Source: Tubulanus polymorphus
Taxonomy: Eukaryota > Animalia > Nemertea
Direction of reading: 5' to 3'
Length of the DNA: 64,000 nucleotides
Assembly (NCBI RefSeq): GCF_964204645.1
Contig: NC_134026.1
Location: 1,263,950 to 1,327,949 of the forward strand
A model generated the notes under the pieces. It was not told the DNA's origin. It worked only from the letters and a program-made list of their open reading frames with translations, and did no database searches. This document shows, one piece after another, positions 13,001 through 25,800 of the stretch. A program made the position numbers and the translations under genes. Within the stretch, counting starts at the first letter, position 1. Every line of letters starts with the position of its first letter.

Positions 13001-16000
13001 GAGCATTTCATCAAGATTATCGAACAAGTATTTATTATTTACACAAGGTTTTTATGTGTTTGCTCGTTTGAAAGCTCGTGACCGAACCCCGTACCGGGAT
13101 CGAACGAGGCTTTTTACATATTTCATTCACAACGCGCAGAGCGGCGAATAAATTCAATCCGTAAATTATCATCAATTTGATAATTACTACGAAACACGAA
13201 CGACGAACGAGACACGGAAAGTTGGAAAATATTTCACTTTTTATTATTAATTCATAAACGTTAATGCGGAACATGCGTGCTAAAGCAGCTGATTGTAGTT
13301 AGTGCATTTAGTTATTGCTATTGATGGTATATTTCTCTATAAATTACTGTATTAACTCGGTATATTCGATAGCCGCGTGTTTCATCGACGAGTTTACGAC
13401 TTACCGATCATCATCGGCGCATCGCATATACATTTCTAAATCATGACCGAATATTTGAAATGAGTTGCCGCAATCAGCAGGAACCGCAGCAACCCGGGAC
13501 GCATTAATGCAAATGATTTTCCATCGGGTGAATTTATGATACTGTTAACGACGAGACGACTGCGAACACTAAACGCTTTTACAACATACTGTTTACAGAA
13601 AAACTATAGAGTACAAGCATCGATCTTCCGTCATCAGTCGAAATTACTGTAATTTACCACCATATGCTTTTAACTCTTTTGGAAAATTACGGTAAATTCT
13701 GTATCGATTCGATCGTCGGCTATGTGGTAATATACACAGGCCTGCTAAGCACAAAATTTATTCAGGAAAATTTCATAGTTATATCGAAGAAACTTCAAAA
13801 TTAATCATTAATTAACTGTAAGACCCTCGATAACACCTTTTACGACAAATCATCAAACGAATCAAATTAGCATTTCATGGAAATCAGAAACATTGACAGG
13901 TAGAAATTTCATGCAGAAAAAATTCTAATCCGCGTTACCGATCAGACACGGTTTATTGGCCAGAAAATGGTCAGTCAGTGAACCTGGAATGATCTACATA
14001 ATTGCCATGCGCTTTTAAAAAAGTCCAAGGTCGTCATCCTCCTAGCAAACGCAATGAGTTCTAGCTTTTGCCTTACATTTCAAGCAGCATAATTAACACA
14101 GCTGGCTCCAGTCGACCTGGGTCTGAAGTGTTAATTGATTTTTCTGTTTATTTGATCAATGACGAACGGTGCATTATGATAATGAATTAATGACACGTAT
14201 ATTCTGATTCGTGTATCTTATCATTGTTTTTGTCGCGACGGGATTAAAACAAGACGATTGTCAACGAGTTCATCCGATAACCGCAATAAATACTTCAACC
14301 GGGTTCAAATTATTTTTTCAACATCAACCCACTTAGCGCTGAGCAGGACATTAGCTGTTATCCTGAATATTGTTTTAAGACCTTATCACGGGACCATCAG
14401 GGGGGTGTGTAGGCCTCCCACGGGAAATTTTAGAATTCTTATCTCCTCTAGATATATTCTGAGCATTCATAAAGACGTTAAATTAAATTTTTCACACACA
14501 CATCGCTCCAAAATACTTCGAACATAAGTCTGCTCTGATGTTTGGTGTATCGAAAAAAAATCTTGAAAGTAACAGCGGTAGGCTGGATCGGGGCCGGTAG
14601 CAGGTTCGAGAGAGAGATCAGCTAGCAGAATCTTCAACCAAGAAACAACTCCAAAATTCCCACAATGATTTACAGGTTTTACAAAACCAGTGTTCTTCGC
14701 AATAAGTGTTAAGAGTCACAAACTGGACGGATCAAAATAACATTTCCTGAACTTCATCAACACAGCTTGTGCATAAATTCTGAGCTCCATGGTATATGGC
14801 ATCAAACGGGGACAAAAACATGTTGACAAGAAATGCTTCTGAATTTTTCAGATTTTCATCCCTGCTATGTTAAAAACCAGCTGTTACACTTATATCAGTG
14901 CACCTAATATAACAGTGCACCTTAACCAGACAGTAAACATAATTAATGAAGAGTTCATTAACCTTTCACGTTATGTATATAGATACAATGTATACACAAC
15001 AAACCTTGATAAACACCTGTATCTGTATAAATGATAAACACTACATCCTGTTGAGTAGTTTAAACACCAGGGGCAAAACTATCATCATCTGCATTTTTTT
15101 TAACACCCTCGACCGATGTTTTTCCCAATGGGGGAGAGACCAGAGAAGAACCACCGACCAAGAAACTCTTTCGCCACCAGGGTTTGAACCCATAAACCCT
15201 TGAATGACGAGACTAGTGACCGGCGCCTTAAACCACTCGGCCACTGCACCTCGGACACCAGCATCATTTACTTTAAACATCTACAGATATTACAAAATGT
15301 CTATTTCATATATACACATGGATATTGCGGGTTTATTTTAACACTACACATCGACTGTGACAAGTTTAAACTGATCTTACCTCTTTCATTTTATGAAAAT
15401 CCACAGCTGGTCGGTCGTCTTCGCGTCGTCGCTTTACGCCACATTTACGATCGGAGAGAACGCACGGCTGCGAGCGACTTCGCATGATTCGATGTCGTCT
15501 TGGAGACGCTATAGTCGAGGATGAACCGGAGCCTCCGGAGTGCTGCTGCTGCTGCTGGACCGATGAGACGCCGGTCATCACGCCTGATGAGATTGCCTCC
15601 TCCACCGATATGCTACGATTCTGCCGCGTTAAACCGAACCAGTTCATAAAACACGAAGCCGTACCGACCGTCGACTGTTCAAACCACGGCGCCGTAGAGA
15701 ACGACGAATTACTGGAACTATCTACGAAACCGCTCGATACGGACGCGGGCCGCGGCACCGGTGAATCACGCGGAGAAGACGATAACTCCGACGACGAACG
15801 TAGTCCGCATCCGGGCGATATCACGTGACTACCTCTGAGGAGACCCAGCGGAGAATTGCGATTTTTTATCGACTTGTTATTGTTAGTGTGCGGACGCAGC
15901 GCGATCGGTTTCAATACGTTATGATTGCACCACGTCGAGTTACTCGGTATCGACAGCGAGCGACATTGTCTTTTCTTTGGAGGAACGGCGGCGACATTCG

Positions 16001-16952
16001 ACAACGCCTCGCAGTGACAACAAATCTCTAAACCAGTCGAGTATTTCTTGCGATGTTTGCTGAATGTAGGCGTTTCCAAGCTACGCTGAGGCGTCTTCGT
16101 TTGACGGAATGCTGAGAATGCGCCGTGGTTGTACGCGCCGGCTTCAAACATGTTGTGGTCCCAACCTGTAAATAACGAAAACGTGTGAAACCATTCCATC
16201 AAAATGAGAGGAAAATAATAAAGTGAAATTCGACTAAGTCGTTTTTGGGACTAATTCATTAATCAAATATTAATGGGGCACAAATATTTCATCATTGCAT
16301 TTTGCCTGTATCCACAGGATGTGATCAATGGCACTTTATATACCAGGTGTGTTTTTAGATGTTGTCCGAAGATCTCTTAACTATCTGATGCCCAAAAAGA
16401 AGCGAGCAGCTTATTCCACATGCGTGGAGCAAAACTAGAGAAACAGCGATCTCAATGTTCTGGACTCTATCTCAAGGAGTTGGAGAGTACAAACTGAATT
16501 CTTGATTTCATTTCTGATCTTTTAAACTTGTATTGAGCAGGTTTAAATTGTATTATCAATGCACACGTCTGAGTCAGTTTGATCCTAAACTAAAGCGCAG
16601 CTAGTGTCGTGGGTAAAACTGAATCACGCCGAAGGAGGGCTGTATTTCAAATCCTTTTAAGTTGGCAGAGAATTACGACAACATTTCTTTCACCTGCTGT
16701 GCCTTTGAACGCCGTGGCAAAATCGCTTTGAGCCAGAGGCATGATCCAGTTCGTAAATTTCTTCTACAAAAGAGTAAATAAGCAAGTCATACATCGTGGA
16801 ACTAACTATATAGGCGTCTATTGAATATGATTCATGCTCGACGCGACGCGAATCCAAAAATGCAAAAGACTTTTACTAACCGTAGACTCGGCGGTTGCAC
16901 TAACATCGTGTAGCGTTTGAACACGAAACTTTTCTGTAATAATGTCAACCAT
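10086..16952 (-). CDS. FAM53: FAM53 family protein; coding exons 16952-16881, 16763-16694, 16165-15381, 11763-11716, 10430-10086
   Basis: N-terminus MVDIITEKFRVQTL, PPKKRQCRSLS motif, RSRSQPCVLSDRKCGVKRRR..RPAVDFHKM motif and C-terminal DLEQIEND* all match recalled FAM53A/B/C. All introns are GT-AG and phase-compatible. Confidence 0.9.
11081..11337. mobile_element. ~260-bp MITE (family B), copy 1, in FAM53 intron
   Basis: TIR cagggtccgatctaa ... ttagatcggactctg; internal cttgccc motifs; inverted copy at 33142-33406. Confidence 0.85.
12630..12887. mobile_element. MITE (family C, cagggtggccac-type termini)
   Basis: gggatggcca ... gtggccaccctg with ttccctga/ttttccagg internal motifs; relatives at ~25870-26030 and 52268-52550. 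Confidence 0.6.
15100..15255 (-). mobile_element. tRNA-derived SINE head in FAM53 intron
   Basis: Minus strand has A-box TGGCCGAGTGG and B-box GGTTCAAACCC, but no intact cloverleaf. Confidence 0.65.
16330..16460 (-). mobile_element. 3' fragment of an L2/CR1-group LINE ORF2
   Basis: Minus strand encodes DRCFSSFAPRMWNKL...KTHL, resembling the DRAFS.AAP.LWN.LP...KT.L terminus of L2/CR1-group LINEs. Confidence 0.55.
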
Positions 16953-17230
16953 GACCAAACCTCACCCAGACGAACATCTGAAATCATCTACGACGATTGA
17001 CATGCGCGATCTGCAAAGAGAGAGATAACTTATAAAGACCTGTTCATACTTTTTTTTTTTCGACGTGAATCAAACCGAAAATAAGCGAATGCAAACTGCC
17101 ACATTTCAGACATTAAACACTGATGATTCAATATGCATTTTTAACAGTAATCGATATTACAATGAATATGATCTACTTTTTAGCTCATCGCTTGTGTAAA
17201 TATGTATAACTGAGCTGAACTGGCTGGTGT

Positions 17231-18012
<782 letters not shown>

Positions 18013-21000
18013 CGGCATTCCAATAACACCCCCTCGCAAAAAAAAAAACTACCGTAAATGCTTTATAACCTTCATAAAAGATTAAACCTATTCAATGTTA
18101 TTGACGCCTACCTCTATACTAGGGTAAACAGTATGCAAAACAGGATGAATAATATGCAAGTTTCAAACACTATATCTGGTATAGGCACTTATCCGGTATA
18201 TCGGCAGAGCAGAAGACAATTCTCGCATACCAGTAATTAGGCAATTAATACATATATATGAATTTTGAAGTATTTTGTACTGAAGTTTTGCGCACAAAAA
18301 AAAGGATATCGTATGTAGAACGTCAATAATATTGATTCATTCACGAGCGACCAAGAGAAAGAATGAACTGACTTACATAAATTCGGTGCACTTCGCTCAT
18401 GTTCTACCATAACAGCATTTTCGGCTCTGAAATAAACAAAGAAAAATGAAGGAACATCTGTAATCACACGCTACAACCAAAGTAGCTATGTTTTTAGAAC
18501 ACACGACGCACGGTGGGATCAACCGTGCACTGTTATAATGTAGAATAGTAAACCTTACGATCGAAGAAAAGATTACTGCAGTAAACTGAACCCATTACTG
18601 CCCGAGGATAGGAACAGTTCGAAGAGACAAAGAACATCCGCGAAAGAAAATGTCACAGCGTATGTTATAATACACTACACCTTTTTATCCCGTACGAAGT
18701 CATAAATTTCACATACGTCAATATCTTACGACAGACGAACGAACGGTCGCGGTAATCTTATTCAAACGTGATTTCGTTCGCGTCGTCGTTGTAAAAAATA
18801 TCGAGAGAAATCACTTCGGTCAATGATATTCTTCTTTGTACGCGAAAGCCTATTCGGCACTTTCTTTTTCTTGTAAATATTTCACGCCGTAAATTCAGGT
18901 CAATGGCTGCCACGATTGGAGAAGAACTAGCTCGCTAAGTATATATATATATATATACACGTAAATAGGAACCGGATGAAGTAAAATATTGTAAATATTC
19001 AAACTTCAAAATCGGTTTTACGAATCACAACACGACGCATATAGGCCTAAACAACAGCCGCCACTCAAAACGTCGAATCGCATTTTGAATTGATTGATTA
19101 AAATTTCCAAAACGCACAATTCTTGTCATTAATACCATATATACGTGCCACAGGCGAATGTAAGCTTATACTCGTACATATGGGGCTGAATGAAACTCTA
19201 GAACACTTAGAAAATGAAATTTTCACCATGAATTGTACTGAATTAATAATTACAGTACTGACTCATTATAGATGTTTTCGATATTTGACAGAAATGCGTT
19301 AATTGTATCAACAGCTGCAACAATATGGTATTGGCTTATATGACTGTCACACCTGCGCAATCAGGGGGCCGATCCAAACTTGGGGGCATCGTCGCTTGCC
19401 ATGGTTTGAGTGCCTCACGCCAACACAAACCCTGGCCGCAGACCCTTTATTGGTCTACTACACCGCCCAAGATTTCTTGGGCAGACAGGTTGCCAAAACA
19501 ACATATCTGATTGGCTTACAAAGACTGGTGGCCGCAGAGTGGCAACCTGTCTGCCCAAGAGACCACTCCCGGCCAAATAGGCTAGGCCTACATGTGTGGC
19601 TAGACCTAGTTGGTACCCTTCTTTAGAGAATGCAACATTGATGAGCGTTGAAAAGCGAAACGAAATGAGAGGGAAAACCTAGATCAGGTTGATTAATGTT
19701 AATGTTTCTCACATTCTGGCAATCTTCCAGGACTTGTCTGCAAGAACCGCAGAATACTAAAAGAAGCAGCAGCAGCGTACCACGAGCAACTGATTCACAT
19801 CTCTAGACGTACAGTCACCAATCTAGGACAATGATTACAATGTATATGGTTATTCACGTCACTCATATTTCATCTAATAACCTCTTCTCTCACTAAATCA
19901 GCAGCAGCAGACTGTGGTTTCACACGAGATACATTACACTGCATTTAGACCATGTTGCACGGTATCAGTAACACCAATGATCAAGTTATCAGCTAGCTTT
20001 TTTTACCAGTTCAATGCCAATCGATCGGAATATTGCGACAGAGCGGTATAAAATTTCAGACCTGATCTGAAATATTAGGGCATATCCTAAATGAAAAACA
20101 AACTAGGTAGGTATCAAGGGTCAATGATTCCTATATTCTGGAGGGTCATGTCATGGAATCTTTTTAGCTGGCGTCTCAATCATCGTTTTTGAACCCGGCA
20201 CAAATATAAACCATCTAACACCAATAAAGACCTGCATCCAGACATGACTGCCTCGGAAACGCAGCAGAGAATTGTGATTATCAACTTGTATATTTAAACC
20301 ATAACCGACTGACCATATCTAACAATAACGGAGCATAGCTGGGGCTTCAATAATGTGAAAGGTAGATAAAAGAATTCTATAATTTTCTATAATTTTAAAA
20401 GCATTCGTTTCATTCTGTCTTCACTGAAACTGCAGAAACATCTTCACTCAAGAGTCACTTCACACATACATTTTTTGTTGTTAGATCAGCAAATGTCGGC
20501 AAACTCTGATATATCATGTCCTAACCGCGAGCGTCACCAGGTTTTGAACCCACCACCCCTACGGTCGGTTTATTCATGTAGCGATATTTAATAATGGCAT
20601 TTATTACGAGTTGCCAATCAAAGATTAGACCAAGCTATAAAGACAGGATTAACCTAACCATATCCTAAATACACCATAACAAGTAAAATTTGGTTGTGGC
20701 CAAAGACCTCTCCTCAGACTCAGTCTCAGACAGTGCTGGTAACATAATTTCTAATCAATAAGCTCTTACAAGAAATGTCATGATAATTTTTCTGCAGATA
20801 GATTATTCAAATCGTGAAGTCTACGCTGATGCAAGTTAATTCACGGAAACATTTTTCGAAATACCATCTACTATGTAAAAGCATTGAAAACGAACGAGCG
20901 GATTAAACCCAGACTATCAGCAGCGAATGAACAATTTTACCCGGGTTTTGTCAGCGCTAACAAAGGCACAATTCCTACTAAGTTCGAAGTTGTTTCACTA

Positions 21001-21030
21001 CAGAACATATTTAATTCGATCAGAACTTAC

Positions 21031-21130
21031 CTGATGAGGTATACGTGAGTTTTGACGCGGTTTCAAGCGATGAGAAAAGCCTGAAGAATGGCAGCTAACC
21101 AGGTTCCAGTTGGCTGCACGGCTCTCTAGT
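21031..21130 (-). other. Probable non-coding first exon of FAM53
   Basis: Strong minus-strand donor CAG|gtaagt at 21030; CRE-like tgacgt and ccaat motifs at ~21158-21178; acceptor at 17011 precedes the ATG exon. Confidence 0.45.
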
Positions 21131-22849
21131 GCATTGCACGGAGAGGAGCACCTGCGATGACGTAGTGCGTCAACCAATCACATCATACACGATTATAATA
21201 ATTTTTTCCTCCTTTTAAAACATTTTTTCTTGTCTTGCCTTTTTCTAACAAAAAAATTAATCAATTCCGTAAATAACTTTGATGATATTCGATCGTACGA
21301 ATTAGATTTTTTGGTCTAACTTCTAAACTATAAATACTATCATCTGTGGGGAAATTAGATTTTGGTGAAAATCTAGAAAACGATTGCTCGCCACCCCCAA
21401 GAGTCGTATTACTATGCCAAAAAATGATTTAATGCTTCAAAATATATTTGGCGATATTATAATATAGGGTCAATTTTGCAGTGTATTATTTCTTTCATTC
21501 CATCGAATTCGGCCTCTCAAAAACGGATTTTCTTCGTATTTTCAGTTATCAACTTCAATTTCGCAATCGCGCACACGTAAATATTTTCAACACAACGTTT
21601 TTGGTTAAAAAGGAAAAGGGCTAAGTAAAGAAAAGGTTGACGTCTGACCTTGACTGACAGTTGGTGACATTCGCGTGCACCGTGTATCAAAACATCACGT
21701 ATTCGAGTTCGAAATATTAACTAAAAACAGGACAAATTAATGACCAATGAATTAAATCTCAAATTTATTTACTTTATCTTTCGTATTCTAGGGTCTACGT
21801 AAATTTTCCGTGAGCATTCAACGTGAAATTGTTGAAATGTTTTTGCAAATGTCGAGTCTATTGTAGCCACGTGCGTTTGTTTACATTTTTGAAATACAAA
21901 TCTATTGACGAAACGTTGATCAGTTCTAAACGCTTCAGACTGGCTATAATCCACGTTTGATGAGGCAGTTTTATCATTTTATATATGAATAAAAATGTAT
22001 AATTTATCGGGATGATTATCAGGAATGTGTATTCAATGGATATTGAAAAATAAAATCATTTTCTCCTGGTCGCAAATCATTCACAAAGTTATCCATTTAG
22101 TTACGACTTAATTGATCACCTCTTTAGAGTCTGTGTAAGCGCCTTTCAGTTTCGATAATCAGAAAAATACTGAAATTCCGTTCTATTTTTTGTCACTTTT
22201 TTCGTGACCAAATCAAGTAAATGTGTCTTGATTAGTTCAGCTAAATAACAGGCAAGTAAATACGATATAGAACCGTAAATGATCACTTTTTGTGACTGGA
22301 TTTATGGATTTTCTTAAAAAATATCGTCAACACTTTTTCTACTACCTACTAACCAGAGTACTACTACTACTACCACTTTCCAATCCAAGTTTGAGCGTTC
22401 AGTGACAGGAATGTCGGTGCTTTTTTGGGTCAAAAGTTACTCATTTTGAATCCCTAGACCTCCCTGATAATAAATATGCAGAAATAAAAATCTTTGGGAG
22501 GGGGTACGAAAGTGCAATAAGGGGCCCTAGCGCGGGAACGTCCAATCTGGTCCAATGCACTTGCCATTCTGGTCAGTTTGTTACGAATCATTAGAATACA
22601 GGCTGTTCATCAAGGCTAATTCAGGTTGATTTAAATCTGATCGTAAACAGTCAAAACTCTGCGATTTTCTTAACGGGAACCTTTTTCGATATGAATGTAT
22701 TCATGACCAGGAAAGATTAGTCGAGTCGCTATAAGTTGACCTGAGCTAGGCTTTTGTCCATAATTAAAAGACGATCACATGTAAATCAATTTTAGATACA
22801 ATATAATATTATTAAGGAATGTATAATTTCAGTAGTATATTCATCCACC

Positions 22850-25800
22850 GTGGCGGCTTTCCTTGTTGATAACCGGTATCTGAATGCAGTTGATGAGGTG
22901 TTTGTTGAAAACGTTGCTGACGATGTTCAATCGTTCAATGACAATGTAGTGAATGATCCAGAAAGGTATATTGAATTTTAATAGATAGTTCCAGGATAGT
23001 TGTTGGTGTTCTTCTCCGTAAGTTCAGCTGGTATTCGGACTATGAAAACTCACCTAAAGTACAGTTTGTTTCTAGTACGCGGTTCCAGTGTTACGAGTTG
23101 AATTCGAATCCCTTTCTCAAATCATAGGCTGAAGACCATGACTGGATTTAAAACATATAGTACTTGAGACAATTTGAATTAAGAATTTGTTTCTTCTTTC
23201 TTGCAGGGTTTTGATATTTCCTGCAGTGGATAACTATCATCGTCTATTAATTCACAGGACGGTCGAGAAATTTCCTGATCTGAAGAGTTTTTCAATCGGT
23301 CAAGGCCATCAAAGGCGAACAGTAGTGTGTTCATCATCAAAACATCAGTAAGCATGAATAGTTATGAAATGGGACGGGGTCAATTTAACGCCTTGAAAGT
23401 CGTAGAATGGCCTCTGGCATCATTAAATCAGGGTCATAGTCCTGCCTCACACACTAATACAATTTAAAGCTTTTTGGTCCTATTATGATGTCTAGTAAAC
23501 TAGTCTGGTAAGAGTAATCTCGACTGAAAACGATGATTCTGGGCTATAAGCCTCTTTCTTTAAAAATAGCAAACGTTCCAAATCTAATTATGATTTCCTG
23601 GCGATTTTAGACAATTTGAGGAAAGTATGAGCGATAAACATTCCCAATGTGACCAACACGAAGGAGAATCGGCGAGTCAGAAAGAATCATCGGAATCGAA
23701 ATATCGACCACCGAGGCATTCTTCATCGCGGAATCGAAATGATTCATCATCACCGAGAGGGTGTACCTCGCCTGCTGCTGGGTGTAGTTCATCACCGAGA
23801 GGCTGTACCTCGCCTGCTGCTGGGTGTAGTTCATCAAAAGTATGTAGATAATTAGTATTCGCCGTTATTTTCATCCTACCTCCAGTATCCCACTAGATGA
23901 CGAGCGTATCAATACTTGGTCCAAATTTTTTTCATATTTCATTGGTGAATTTGCATATGGAGCCCTAATTCAAAAACAGAAGACAGATTAAATATCATGT
24001 TTGACCACTTACATGATCTCGTATAATAGCTAAAGAATTCACTGATTTACAGGTTGTCACCGGGACTACTGGCTCATCTCACAGTCCAACACCGATCTCA
24101 GGAGAACCTGCACAACAAGCCAATGAAAAGAAACGTGCAAGGTATGTTCTTCAGTTAACAATAATAGATATAGAAGTGAAATAATGCTGTCTTCACTTTC
24201 AATCTTTCTTGTTGTTTTTCATGGGTTTACATCTATAGACTAACTATTGGTTTATTTTGTTTTTGATAGAGTCAAACCTCGTCGACCTGACCAACAAGTT
24301 TACGTGCCGAGGGGTCGAAGAATGGAAATATCTGCTCAACAGACATCGTCCGATACAGTACCTAATACTGAAACTGTGGTGCCACCGTCGGCTTGTGCCG
24401 GTCGAGATCGGGACTCGGTCAGCAGCGTAAACACTACTACAGTCTCCGGTGAACTGGTTGAAGCTAGCCGCGAACAAACGCAGAGACAACGTCCGGAAAT
24501 ACCGGTTTACGTACCACGCGGTCGCAGGATGCAACAACTCATGATTCTGGCTGATAACGAAAATAATGAAAACCTAGTCAAATCTCAAGAACGCGAAGCG
24601 GAGGAGGCAGCTCAAATCAGTGCGAGTCGATCAATAGCCGAAACATCTCCTCTCCGTGATGATTTACAAACAGAAATGACGGACGTCGAGGTTTATTTGG
24701 AAGCCCGCGATTCTCCGTCAAACGACGGCGACGCGTATCACTCGTGTTCGGATCACTTGACCGGCGGCAGCACTCACGAGGATCAACATCGTTCGAGCAA
24801 CGCTTCGTCGAGCGGTAACTCGGAAGAACCGAGTAAACCGAAGAAAAAGAAAAGCTCATCGGATCCGCATAAACTGAGAAAAGGGTCGAGCAAAAACAGC
24901 GGCAAAGACGGCACTAAACGTAAAAAGAGCGATAAAAAGAAATCTTCGTCGAACTCTAATTTGATGGCGGTCGATGTCGTTTCGGATGTTTCTAATAGCG
25001 TAAATAAAAACAAAGCCGGCGAAATAGACGCTTTAAAGAATGACGTCGATCGGCAAAAAGAAATGGACACCGATAGAAAACAATACGAAATAGCAGCTTT
25101 CTCAAATAAATTCGTACAGGGCGCGACCGATGGATATAAAGATCTCTTCGACGATAATAATCGTCTGGCTTTCGAAAACGATTTATCGTATCGAGAGGAT
25201 GATAGCGTCGGGTCGTCGCAGATGACTCCCAGTGAAACGTCGTACGTCTCCGCGAATGAATCTATGAATACTAGCGGCGATATTGTAGCAATGAATACTA
25301 GCAGCGATATTGTAGCAATGAATACTAGCAGCGATATCGTAGTCGATAAACTCATCGTTGAGAATCAGCGCGGCAGTTGCTGCGCGATCGAAAAACGTGA
25401 CGAAATGCCTCGCGTCGCTTGCGTTTACGATATCAACTTTTCAAAAGAGTTTGCGCCGGCCGTATCGAAAGAATCGGCAATTGCTCAGACGTCTTCAGAT
25501 CACGGTGCTAGCGTCAAATACAATCAGACGGAATCAGAGGCCGATGAATCGACCTCGATTCACAACATTTCGCGAACCGCGCGAGTTGAAACGGATATGA
25601 ATAGTAATAACATGAACACTGACGCGAGTAGTGAAACTTGTGCAAAAGAAAGTGAAATCAAATCAAGTGCTGAAAATCGATCGGAAATAGTTTCGAATTT
25701 AATGAACGGTATTAACGATGCTGCAACTGCTGCTGCTGCTGCTGAAACTACGAAAACTTCAGACATCGATGATGAAGATTCGTGGGATAGAATGTTCAAC

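Noticed and set aside
19303-19626. 107-aa ORF in a GC-richer patch
   Set aside because: No recognisable protein features; more likely a repeat remnant in a FAM53 5' intron.
24783-25355. 190-aa antisense ORF, and similar ones at 56576-57199 and 15484-15828
   Set aside because: Shadow ORFs opposite real coding exons, with no recognisable motifs.
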